A stretch of 24,888 nt of DNA from Gammaproteobacteria bacterium (GCA_031421475.1 JANOOU010000068.1:1-24888), one strand, 5' to 3'. Counted from the stretch's first letter, positions 9,994 through 18,977 are shown. Notes: generated from the sequence alone by a model not told the origin. Program-made: numbers and translations.

Positions 9994-10261
9994 AACGAAT
10001 TATGCCTGTTGGCACACAGAAATCTGACATTTAACATGTTTTTTTAAATTACATTACAAACCAAGAGATGCCCAGGCAAAAGGGCCGGATGACACCTTGC
10101 CGACCGCTTTGCCGGAACTGGTTTGGAGCGATGAAGAATGGCTGGCAGCAGCGATGAAGCCTGGGCGCACCATGAATTGCTAAAAGAAGTCGCCGCCATT
10201 CATGCCCGGTATGGCGATTTACCGGCATGAGCCGGTGATGGTGGCAATAATTTATAACCGT

Positions 10262-11401
10262 CTATTTCACTTCCGGCAAATCATCCGACGGTGTTGATAA
10301 GTGCATAGAATCTTCTTCCTTGGACGATTCCAGTTCCTTGGTGCCGCCACCAAAATTGATTTTCCATTCCAGATTGCTACGTGAATCTGCATTGTTCAGT
10401 GCTGTTTTTAAATCGATCTTGCCATCTTTAAATAATCTAAACAGTGACTGATCGAAGGTTTGCATGCCATCGGCTTCACCCTTTTCCATGATCGCCTTGA
10501 TTTCATGAAATTCACCTTTGCGGATCAGTTCAGATATGTAAGGCGAGTTGATGAGGATCTCAACCGCGGCAATACGCTTACCGGTCATGCCAATCACCAG
10601 TCGCTGCGAAATAATGGCACGCAAATTCATCGACATATCCATCAGTATCTGGTTGCGCGCATCCGGCGGGAAAAAACTCAAGATACGGTCGAGTGATTGA
10701 TTGGCATTAACAGCATGTAATGTTGTTAAACATAAATGGCCGGTATCTGCGTATTGAATCGCGGCTTCCATGGTTTCACGGTCGCGCACCTCACCAATCA
10801 TGATCACATTCGGTGCTTCACGCATCGCTTCGCGCAAGGCGTTTTCATACGACAGCGTATCCAGCCCAACTTCGCGCTGCCCAACAATCGATCGATTGTG
10901 ATTGAAGGTATATTCGATAGGATCTTCAATCGTAAGAATATGACAGGATACGGTACGGCTGCGATAATCGATCATCGACGCCAGTGATGTTGATTTACCC
11001 GAACCTGTTGAGCCCACCACCAGCACCAAACCCTTGTGCAACATAACGATATCTTTTAATTTTACCGGTAAATTTAATGCCTCAATGGTGGGCACATTGG
11101 GCTTGATAAAGCGGATAACCATCGACACTTCACCACGCTGCATGTAAATATTAATGCGGAACCGGCCTACATCTTTTACAGATAAACCCAGGTTCATTTC
11201 CATGGTGGCTTCAAAGCCCATACGCTGTTGGTCATCCATAACGCTGTTGGCAATTTCTCGTGTCATCCCGGGCTCAAGCGGCGTTTTACCAATGGGCATC
11301 ATAACGCCTTCCACGTTCATGCTCACGGGTGCACCGGTTGTAAAATATAAATCAGAGCCGTTACGCTCCGACATTAATCTAAGATATGGCTGGATGTTCA
11401 T
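10262..11401 (-). CDS. pilU: PilT/PilU-family type IV pilus retraction ATPase (second PilU-like paralog)
   Basis: Walker A GSTGSGKS, Asp box EDPIE, Walker B VIMIGEVRD, His box TGHLCLTTLH, and GMQTFDQSLF. Lacks the PilT AIRNLIRE motif. Confidence 0.88.
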   Translation of the reverse strand: MNIQPYLRLMSERNGSDLYFTTGAPVSMNVEGVMMPIGKTPLEPGMTREIANSVMDDQQRMGFEATMEMNLGLSVKDVGRFRINIYMQRGEVSMVIRFIKPNVPTIEALNLPVKLKDIVMLHKGLVLVVGSTGSGKSTSLASMIDYRSRTVSCHILTIEDPIEYTFNHNRSIVGQREVGLDTLSYENALREAMREAPNVIMIGEVRDRETMEAAIQYADTGHLCLTTLHAVNANQSLDRILSFFPPDARNQILMDMSMNLRAIISQRLVIGMTGKRIAAVEILINSPYISELIRKGEFHEIKAIMEKGEADGMQTFDQSLFRLFKDGKIDLKTALNNADSRSNLEWKINFGGGTKELESSKEEDSMHLSTPSDDLPEVK

Positions 11402-11445
11402 TCTGTTTAAATTAGTCGCTGGTAAATTCGCCGGTTAATTCAGGG

Positions 11446-12615
11446 TCAACGCATACGTCCCGGCGCTGCTTTTTCATCCTGCTGCATCTGCATACCGCCT
11501 ACTTCATCCATCAAGTTACCGGCCTTGGCGGTCTTGCCTTGCAATTTTATGCGCAGGCGCAAATCATTGATGGAGTCGGCGTTGCGTAACGCATCTTCAT
11601 AGGTTATTTCGTCATTTTCAAATAACGTAAACAAAGACTGATCAAATGTCTGCATACCGTATTCAGTAGATTTATGCATGAGCTCCTTCATCTCATGCAC
11701 ATTGCCTTTAAATATCAAATCCGCCATTAACGGCGTATTGAGCATAACTTCTATCGCCGCCACACGGCCAGTACCATCCGCCTTCGGGATCAGGCGTTGC
11801 GAGATGATGCCTTTCATATTTAAAGATAAGTCCATCAACAATTGCGGCCGACGCTCTTCCGGGAAAAAATTAATGACGCGATCCAGCGCCTGATTGGTGC
11901 TGTTGGCATGCAGCGTAGACAAACATAAATGTCCGGTTTCGGCAAACGCAATGGCGTGCTCCATGGCTTCACGATCACGAATTTCGCCGATCAGAATGAC
12001 ATCAGGTGCCTGACGTAATGTATTTTTCAAGGCAATTTCATAGCTATCTGTATCCACACCCACTTCGCGTTGGGTCACGATACAGTTTTTATGTTGATGT
12101 ACAAATTCGATAGGATCTTCAATGGTTATAATATGACCGTAACTGTTTTCATTTCTATAGCTGATCATGGATGCCAGAGAAGTGGATTTACCGGAACCGG
12201 TTGCACCGACAAAAATGACCAGGCCACGTTTAGTCATGGCCACATCACGCAACACCGGAGGCAACCCCAGCTCATCAAAGTTTGGAATTTCGGAACGGAT
12301 CACACGCAACACCATGCCCATGGAACCACGCTGGGTAAATGCATTGACGCGATAACGTGATACGCCAGGCAAGCTGATGGCAAAATTCACTTCCTGCTTT
12401 TGCTCAAACTCACCCAGCTGTTTATCGTTCATGATGGAACGCACCAGCGTTTGTGTATGCTGCGGTGTTAGCGTCTGATTCGATACCGGGGTCATGCGGC
12501 CATCAATTTTCATAGACGGCGCGGCACCCACAGTAATAAACAAATCCGATCCGTTTTTTTGCACCAGCATGCGCAGCAGGTCATGCATGTAACGTATCGC
12601 CTTATCTCTATCCAT
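11446..12615 (-). CDS. pilU: Type IV pilus retraction ATPase PilU
   Basis: N-terminal GSDLFITVGAAPSMKIDG, Walker A GATGSGKS, EDPIE, LRQAPDVILIGEIRD, TGHLCLSTLHANS. Directly downstream of pilT. Confidence 0.93.
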   Translation of the reverse strand: MDRDKAIRYMHDLLRMLVQKNGSDLFITVGAAPSMKIDGRMTPVSNQTLTPQHTQTLVRSIMNDKQLGEFEQKQEVNFAISLPGVSRYRVNAFTQRGSMGMVLRVIRSEIPNFDELGLPPVLRDVAMTKRGLVIFVGATGSGKSTSLASMISYRNENSYGHIITIEDPIEFVHQHKNCIVTQREVGVDTDSYEIALKNTLRQAPDVILIGEIRDREAMEHAIAFAETGHLCLSTLHANSTNQALDRVINFFPEERRPQLLMDLSLNMKGIISQRLIPKADGTGRVAAIEVMLNTPLMADLIFKGNVHEMKELMHKSTEYGMQTFDQSLFTLFENDEITYEDALRNADSINDLRLRIKLQGKTAKAGNLMDEVGGMQMQQDEKAAPGRMR

Positions 12616-12695
12616 TATTTACTCCGTTCAATTATTTCTTTTATCTGAATATCTCAGTTGATATACAGTTTATGGTGTTGCTAAAAGCAAATGGA

Positions 12696-12765
12696 GAAAA
12701 ACAAAAATGACATTTTTGTTTTTCGTGCTCTGAGAACGCCGGGATGGCGTTATTCAGAGGTTCCC
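12696..12765. repeat. Perfect palindrome plus one-ended MITE remnant
   Basis: GAAAAACAAAAATG-A-CATTTTTGTTTTTC (14-bp perfect arms, 12696-12724), the hairpin AACGCC-GGGAT-GGCGTT, and the end GTTATTCAGAGGTTCCC|TA. The reverse complement of that end matches the TIR at 15450 at 12 of 17 positions. Confidence 0.6.
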
Positions 12766-12776
12766 TAAATACTACT

Positions 12777-13811
12777 TCAAATACTATCTTTGTTTTGCGC
12801 CTTGGATCTGGCTTCATCCTTGGTTACTTTGCCACTCTCGACCAGTTCTTTTAAATTCTGATCCAGTGTCTGCATACCTATCGACTGACCGGTTTGTATT
12901 GCCGAGTACATTTGTGCAATTTTGTTTTCACGAATCAAATTACGAATCGCCGGTGTACCAATCATGATTTCATGCGCGGCGATACGGCCACCACCATTTT
13001 TCTTGAGCAGGGTTTGTGAAATCACGGCGCGTAGTGACTCCGATAACATTGAACGCACCATATCTTTTTCGGCTGCCGGGAACACGTCAACAATACGGTC
13101 AATCGTTTTAGCGGCCGAGCTGGTGTGCAGGGTTCCGAATACAAGATGTCCGGTTTCCGCAGCCGATAAAGCGAGTCGTATCGTTTCCAGATCGCGCATT
13201 TCACCCACCAGCACCACGTCAGGATCTTCACGTAAAGCCGAGCGCAAGGCTTCATTAAATCCCAGTGTATCGCGATGGACTTCGCGTTGGTTAATCAAGC
13301 ATTTTTTACTTTCGTGTACAAATTCTATCGGGTCTTCAATAGTAAGAATATGGCCATATTCATTTTCATTGACGTGGTTCACCATCGCCGCCAGTGTGGT
13401 TGACTTGCCCGAACCGGTAGGCCCGGTCACCAACACGATGCCACGGGGGTATTCGGAAATGTCTTTGAAAATTTTGGGGGCGTTCAAATCTTCCAATGAC
13501 AAAATCTTCGATGGAATGGTACGAAATACCGCACCCGCACCCCGATTGTGATTAAACGCATTCACACGAAATCGCGCCAGGCCGGGAATTTCAAAGGAAA
13601 AATCCACTTCCCAAAATTCTTCATAGGTCTTACGCTGCTTGTCATTCATGATGTCGTACACCATGGAATGAACCTCCTCATGCGGCATAAATTCGACATT
13701 GATACGGCGAACATCGCCATCAACACGAATCATCGGCGGCAGCCCCGCCGACAAATGCAGATCCGACGCCCCGTTTTTAACGCTAAAGGCCAGCAACTGT
13801 GCAATATCCAT
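12777..13811 (-). CDS. pilT: Type IV pilus twitching motility ATPase PilT
   Basis: Start MDIAQLLAF at 13811 with a GGAGG RBS (344 aa). GPTGSGKS, EDPIE, ALREDPD, TGHLVFGTLH and the diagnostic AIRNLIRE motif. Confidence 0.97.
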   Translation of the reverse strand: MDIAQLLAFSVKNGASDLHLSAGLPPMIRVDGDVRRINVEFMPHEEVHSMVYDIMNDKQRKTYEEFWEVDFSFEIPGLARFRVNAFNHNRGAGAVFRTIPSKILSLEDLNAPKIFKDISEYPRGIVLVTGPTGSGKSTTLAAMVNHVNENEYGHILTIEDPIEFVHESKKCLINQREVHRDTLGFNEALRSALREDPDVVLVGEMRDLETIRLALSAAETGHLVFGTLHTSSAAKTIDRIVDVFPAAEKDMVRSMLSESLRAVISQTLLKKNGGGRIAAHEIMIGTPAIRNLIRENKIAQMYSAIQTGQSIGMQTLDQNLKELVESGKVTKDEARSKAQNKDSI

Positions 13812-13878
13812 CAAACCCTCCACAGGGACGACTGTGACTCTTATAATGTGTCACCTTTTATAGCCAATTTTTTACACT

Positions 13879-14586
13879 ATGGCCGGATCGCACACTATTG
13901 CAGAGAACATTCTTCAAATCCAGCATCTGCTGGATGAATACGCCTTGTCATACGCCCGATCAGGCGCGGATATACAGTTATTGGCGGTTAGCAAAGGGCA
14001 ATCGGCTGACGCAATACGCACGGCCCATGCCTGCGGACTGCGCGCTTTTGGCGAAAGTTATGTCCAGGAAGCATTAAAAAAAATGCAGTCTCTGGCCGAT
14101 ACAGCTATCAGCTGGCATTTCATAGGCGGCATACAGTCTAATAAAACACGTGATATCGCTTGCCACTTTGACTGGGTACACAGCATCGATCGCTTAACGA
14201 TTGCACAACGCCTGTCAGCACAGCGCCCGGCTAGCAAACCGCCACTGCAGGTTTGTGTGCAAATCAACCTCGACAACGAATCGTCCAAATCCGGCACCAC
14301 ACTGGCTCAGTTACAACAACTTGCCACCGATGTTGCTCAACTACCGGGCCTGAAGCTTCGCGGTTTAATGGCCTTGCCGCAATCCAGCGATGATTTTGCG
14401 CTACAGCGCAGCGCTTTTCGCAAAATACATGATGCATTTATACAATTACGTCATAACGGACTCATGCTGGATACGCTGTCCATGGGCATGAGCAATGACA
14501 TGGAAGCCGCCATTGCCGAGGGCAGCACCTTGTTACGCATCGGTACTTCCGTGTTTGGTAAACGCCCTGCACCTGCCACAAATTAA
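13879..14586 (+). CDS. yggS: PLP homeostasis protein YggS
   Basis: LLAVSK (PLP lysine), FGESYVQE, WHFIGGIQSNK, LSMGMSND, GSTLLRIGT. Divergent from pilT in the conserved synteny. Confidence 0.95.
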   Translation: MAGSHTIAENILQIQHLLDEYALSYARSGADIQLLAVSKGQSADAIRTAHACGLRAFGESYVQEALKKMQSLADTAISWHFIGGIQSNKTRDIACHFDWVHSIDRLTIAQRLSAQRPASKPPLQVCVQINLDNESSKSGTTLAQLQQLATDVAQLPGLKLRGLMALPQSSDDFALQRSAFRKIHDAFIQLRHNGLMLDTLSMGMSNDMEAAIAEGSTLLRIGTSVFGKRPAPATN

Positions 14587-14610
14587 GTACACTCCCGCTT
14601 TGGATTAACC

Positions 14611-15450
14611 ATGAGCCACACCATGTTCCCAACTATTACATTTATCGGCGGCGGCAACATGGCCGGCAGCCTGATCGGCGGACTGATTGCAGACGGCTGC
14701 CCGGCACACCATATCACCGTCACCGAACCCGATGCCGGCAAACTCGAATACCTCAAAAATACATTTGCCGTGCACATACAAACCGATAACAATCTCGCCG
14801 TGGCAGCGGCACAAGTGGTCATACTGGCTGTAAAACCACAAATACTACAACCGGTATGCCGTGCTCTGTCCATAACCGTTCAACAAAACAGACCCTTGAT
14901 CATATCCATCGCCGCTGGCATACGCAGTGGTGATATTGATCGCTGGTTAGGCAAGCACCTTGCCATCGTGCGCTGCATGCCCAACACACCGGCATTGTTG
15001 CGCTGTGGTATCACCGGTTTATATGCCAATGCAAAAGTAAACACGGAACAACGCGATACGGCACAGCGCATATTGTCAGCCGCCGGATCAACCCGTTGGG
15101 TGGAGACAGAAGATTTAATCGATGCCGTAACAGCCGTGTCCGGATCTGGCCCGGCTTACTTCTTTTTGTTAATGGAAGCCATGATCGCCGCCGGTGAAAA
15201 ACTCGGGCTGGATGTAAAAACAGCGCAACAACTCACCCTGCAAACGGCTCTGGGTGCTGCGCGCATGGCACTGGAAAGCGACGTTGATGCGGCTACACTA
15301 CGTGCCCGCGTTACATCAAAGGGTGGCACCACGGAAGCGGCCATTAAACATTTTCAGGACCATCATTTTAATGAACTGGTCAATAATGCCCTGGCCGCAG
15401 CCAACCAGCGCGCAACTGAAATGGCGGATATTTTAGGTAAAGACGCTTAA
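14611..15450 (+). CDS. proC: Pyrroline-5-carboxylate reductase
   Basis: Rossmann motif FIGGGNMA, plus LAVKPQ, SIAAGI, VRCMPNTP, SGSGPAYFF and VTSKGGTT. Confidence 0.97.
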   Translation: MSHTMFPTITFIGGGNMAGSLIGGLIADGCPAHHITVTEPDAGKLEYLKNTFAVHIQTDNNLAVAAAQVVILAVKPQILQPVCRALSITVQQNRPLIISIAAGIRSGDIDRWLGKHLAIVRCMPNTPALLRCGITGLYANAKVNTEQRDTAQRILSAAGSTRWVETEDLIDAVTAVSGSGPAYFFLLMEAMIAAGEKLGLDVKTAQQLTLQTALGAARMALESDVDAATLRARVTSKGGTTEAAIKHFQDHHFNELVNNALAAANQRATEMADILGKDA

Positions 15451-15625
15451 GGAGCCTCTGATCAAGTTTGGGCGAGCGGATTTGTGAGACAGAATTTTTC
15501 AGCACAAGGCGTCCATGAATATCGACATGGGCAGGCAATATCCAGGAATCTTGCCAAGTTTCACAACGCAGTGATGGAAAATTCTGACCGCAAAGCCGCC
15601 GTACATAACTTGATCAGAGGCTCCT
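15450..15625. mobile_element. MITE (176 bp) with 19-bp perfect TIRs and TA flanks
   Basis: AGGAGCCTCTGATCAAGTT (15450-15468) and AACTTGATCAGAGGCTCCT (15607-15625), with TA on both sides. An internal imperfect inverted repeat is present (CAGAATTTT / AAAATTCTG). No transposase. Confidence 0.85.
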
Positions 15626-15689
15626 TAGTGTATTGCTACGAACGACTTGATCACATTGTGCGCCTGCAAGCGCACCTACAGGAACTCAC

Positions 15690-16223
15690 ATGAATCCGTT
15701 TATATTTCTTATCGACACATTATTTTATTTTTATAGCCTGCTGCTGATGCTGCGATTATTACTGCAATGGGTGCGTGCAGATTTTTACAATCCCATGTCG
15801 CAATTCATTGTTAAAGTCACCAGCCCGGTTGTGGTGCCAGTACGTCGGCTCATCCCCAGCATCGGCAGGTTGGATTTGGCGACCTTAATACTGGTAGTAA
15901 CCTTTACCAGCATCAAAATACTGCTGGTCTCCTGGATTATGGGCCTGCCGTTTAATGCCGCCTGGTTATTCTTTGTTGCCTTCATCGAAACATTTATTTT
16001 ACTGCTGGATATTTTTCTATTCTCAATTCTTATACTGGCGATTATGAGTTGGATAAACCCTGACCCTCGCCACCCCGCCGCTGCACTACTACGCAGCATC
16101 TCCAACCCCGTGATGAAACCTTTGCAGCAACGCATACCGCCCGTGGGTGGCATGGATATATCGCCTATGGTTGCAATCATTATTATTTATTTTATTAAAT
16201 ATTCACTCCGTTATTTTTTTTAA
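15690..16223 (+). CDS. yggT: YggT family membrane protein
   Basis: Two YGGT repeats (ADFYNP.SQF.VKVT.P; GGMDISP) with an AGGA RBS. Follows proC. Confidence 0.93.
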   Translation: MNPFIFLIDTLFYFYSLLLMLRLLLQWVRADFYNPMSQFIVKVTSPVVVPVRRLIPSIGRLDLATLILVVTFTSIKILLVSWIMGLPFNAAWLFFVAFIETFILLLDIFLFSILILAIMSWINPDPRHPAAALLRSISNPVMKPLQQRIPPVGGMDISPMVAIIIIYFIKYSLRYFF

Positions 16224-16303
16224 TGGCGGGGGTTTATCAGTGGAAAAATGCTGCTTAAATTTTAACGAGGGCTCTCAGCAGCTGAATACATTTCAGAAAA
16301 CAG

Positions 16304-16975
16304 TCACATCACCCCATACAAATTCCATAACCCAAACCCCATCACCATCACCCCCGCCAACTGCCTCACCCGCAAATTTCTCACCAGGGCACTCAAACGT
16401 TGTGCAAACACCCCCATCGCCAGCAAATTCGGTAAAGTGCCCAGACCAAAACACAACATCAGCAATGCACCATCAACCACATTGGCACTGGCGACAGACC
16501 ATAACAACACGCTATATACCAGGCCACAGGGCAGCCAACCCCATAACAAACCTAAAACAAATGCCTGCGGTATGGTGCGCACGGGTAAAAATCTGCGTGC
16601 CTGTGGTTCCAGTATTCGCCATAAACCGGCACCGGCTTTTTCAATATGCACCAGCACCGATGTCCATCCGGCAAGATATAAACCCAGCACGATCATTAAC
16701 ACGGCAGCAAACCACTGCATGCTGATTTGCAGCAAACGAATATCCAGCCAGTACACGGCGAGGGCTGAAATTCCACCCATTAAGCTACCGGCCAGGACAT
16801 AACTGCTGATGCGCGCCACATTGTAACTAAGCAGAATTGCGTAAAAATTCAGACTTTTTTGTTGCTGCGCCGTAGCAAAACCTAAAGCGCCAACTATGCC
16901 TCCACACATACCGATACAGTGCACTCCACCCAGCAATCCAGCAGCGAAAGCCGAAATATAGGTAAATTCCTGCAT
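16304..16975 (-). CDS. DsbD_2 / sulfite-exporter TauE/SafE-like membrane protein
   Basis: Multi-TM protein with HCIGMCGG and GWLPCGLVY motifs, typical of this family. Confidence 0.85.
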   Translation of the reverse strand: MQEFTYISAFAAGLLGGVHCIGMCGGIVGALGFATAQQQKSLNFYAILLSYNVARISSYVLAGSLMGGISALAVYWLDIRLLQISMQWFAAVLMIVLGLYLAGWTSVLVHIEKAGAGLWRILEPQARRFLPVRTIPQAFVLGLLWGWLPCGLVYSVLLWSVASANVVDGALLMLCFGLGTLPNLLAMGVFAQRLSALVRNLRVRQLAGVMVMGFGLWNLYGVM

Positions 16976-17119
16976 AAAACACCTGTTTTTTTGTTGGACC
17001 CGCTTGTATTACGCGAAAAAAAAACTAACAATTCACCCAGAAGTTTGAAGCGTGCACTTAACGCCAAAAACGTTCTTGCTAATCCTTGTAATTGAAACAC
17101 ATATCAGGAGCACACCCCT

Positions 17120-17560
17120 ATGGCGGTTAAGAAAAAATCAGCAAAGAAACCTGCAGCTAAAAAACCAGCAGCAAACAAATCCCCAGCCAAAAAACCGGCA
17201 GCAAAGAAATCCGCTGTCAAAGCAGCTCCCAAAACCGTATCGGTTGCCGTTCCTACAGACAGAGCACCCAGCAAATCCGAGATTCTGAATATCATTGCTG
17301 CGGATACCACCCTTAACCGCAAGCAAGTTGCTGCTGTACTCGACAGCCTGACCAGCCTGATCGGCAAATCGGTTGGCTCACGCGGTGCTGGCGTATTCAG
17401 CTTGCCTGGTTTACTAAAAGTAAAAGTTATTAAAAAACCGGCAACTAAAGCACGCAAGGGCATCAACCCTTTCACCAAAGAAGAAACCATGTTCAAAGCC
17501 AAGCCCGCCCGCAAGGTGGTGAAGGTATTGCCATTGAAAGGTCTGAAAGACATGGTGTAA
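17120..17560 (+). CDS. HU-family DNA-binding protein with N-terminal Lys/Ala/Pro-rich tail
   Basis: AGGAG RBS. KKPAA repeats precede the HU-like core SKSEILNIIA...LPGLLKV...ARKGINPFTKE...KPARKVVKV. A terminator follows. Confidence 0.88.
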   Translation: MAVKKKSAKKPAAKKPAANKSPAKKPAAKKSAVKAAPKTVSVAVPTDRAPSKSEILNIIAADTTLNRKQVAAVLDSLTSLIGKSVGSRGAGVFSLPGLLKVKVIKKPATKARKGINPFTKEETMFKAKPARKVVKVLPLKGLKDMV

Positions 17561-17575
17561 CCACGGTCCACTGTG

Positions 17576-17605
17576 AAAAAAAGCCCGCGTTGCGGGCTTT
17601 TTTTT
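17576..17605 (+). terminator. Rho-independent terminator (possibly bidirectional)
   Basis: A7-GCCCGC-GTT-GCGGGC-T8, 15 nt after the HU-like stop codon. Confidence 0.9.
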
Positions 17606-17858
17606 GTTTGACTTGCGACAACTTTTACAAGTTATCCACTAGCAGCTAGTACCTGTGTCCGACTGTAACCTCCGCCTGTGCCTAGTGTGTGTTGCAACAA
17701 TATTGACATACACGGTGACTACATTACGCAGCCACTGCTTTTATCGATGCAATGCCTGGAACCACTTTGCATTAACAAGATCCTAAAGCGCGCCCCGACT
17801 TCACTATGAATATCCGGCAATATCGGTAACAATAGCCGCGAATTGATTAACACAAGCC

Positions 17859-18755
17859 ATGAAATCCCTAATCTACAAACTCAAATTGCCCCGGAAACAA
17901 CACTGGGCCCACGAATTACAAGCCGTGCAAAAGAATGCACCGCTTGCTATTAGTCTGCTGTTTTTGATGGCCTGCGGGCACGCCTTATCTCAACTTACCT
18001 GGTTATTAATACCTGCTGAAGAGACCAACGACGAACAGCCCGTCGTTATGAATAACGTAAGCACTCGTCGTCCTGTACAGGACACCATATTACAACTCAC
18101 CCAGGCACATTTATTAGGCGTCTACCAACCTAAAATGACGGCAGCTGCCAGCGCTAATGCGCCCGACACCCAAATGAATCTGACCTTAAAAGGTATACTG
18201 GCCGGTAGCCCAAATGTGTCCTTTGCCATTATTGCTCAAGGTCAAAATGGAGCCGAAGATTTTTACGGCATAGGCGATCAGATTTCGGGGGCCGTGCTGC
18301 GCGAGGTTCACGACGACCGTATTATTCTCGAACGCAACGGCCGCTTTGAAACGTTGCGATTGCCTGATGAATTTGGCGCTAACAGCTTTACGGCCGAAAC
18401 CGATTCGGATGAACCCGCCCAGTTCAGCAATCCGTCATCGCCCGGCGAAGTACTCTCCAATATTCGCCAAAAAGTATTACGCAACCCAACCGCATTTGCG
18501 GAATACGCCATCCCCATGCCGTATAACGAGAATGGTCGTCTGCGAGGCTATAAACTACAGCCGCAAGGCGACCGCAGCCTGTTTGATTCCCTTGGTTTGA
18601 ATCCCGACGATGTCATTATTGCGATCAATGGCGTGGAATTAAATGACCCCTCCAAGGGCATTAGTGCATTACGCTCATTGCAGCGGGCCAAATCGATTGA
18701 TGCCCGGGTACTACGCAATGGCGTCGAAATACCGATGCATTTTGAAATACCTTAA
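17859..18755 (+). CDS. gspC: Type II secretion protein GspC
   Basis: TM segment, HR domain (LTLKGILAG...AII...LERNGRFETLRL) and C-terminal PDZ domain (GLNPDDVIIAING). Upstream of the secretin. Confidence 0.92.
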   Translation: MKSLIYKLKLPRKQHWAHELQAVQKNAPLAISLLFLMACGHALSQLTWLLIPAEETNDEQPVVMNNVSTRRPVQDTILQLTQAHLLGVYQPKMTAAASANAPDTQMNLTLKGILAGSPNVSFAIIAQGQNGAEDFYGIGDQISGAVLREVHDDRIILERNGRFETLRLPDEFGANSFTAETDSDEPAQFSNPSSPGEVLSNIRQKVLRNPTAFAEYAIPMPYNENGRLRGYKLQPQGDRSLFDSLGLNPDDVIIAINGVELNDPSKGISALRSLQRAKSIDARVLRNGVEIPMHFEIP

Positions 18756-18911
18756 CAGCTTATTGAAAAAGCTAGCGAGCAAAGCCAGGATAAAGCGAAA
18801 ATGACGAAAAAGGCGGCGCGTACACGAAGTACATGAGCACGATGAGTCATTACCTTACGCAGCCATATTTATTAAAGCATGGGCAAGCGCAGTCGTTTTT
18901 CAACATGCTGT
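18755..18911. mobile_element. MITE (157 bp) with imperfect TIRs and (T)TA(A) flanks
   Basis: ACAGCTTATTGAAAAA and TTTTTCAACATGCTGT (14 of 16 match), with TA/TTAA on both sides. Internal inverted motif AATGAC...GTCATT. Confidence 0.75.
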
Positions 18912-18977
18912 TAAACTGACCACTGAATAAATACTCCTGGCATACTGTTAGAATATGCCGCGCTCAATTGTCACACT

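Noticed and set aside
9987-10015. Perfect TTGACA on the plus strand
   Set aside because: There is no -10 hexamer at 16-18 bp. It overlaps the -35 of the minus-strand promoter.
15484-15693. 69-aa ORF between proC and yggT
   Set aside because: It lies mostly within the MITE and has no recognisable motif or RBS.
17104-17571. Long antisense ORFs (also 12922..13551, 21522..22097, 7502..8020, 5983..6489, 16147..16725)
   Set aside because: These are shadow frames of well-supported genes on the opposite strand.
17757-17771. Sigma54-like TGGAAC...TTGCA upstream of gspC
   Set aside because: The GG-to-GC spacing is 9 nt rather than the strictly required 10.
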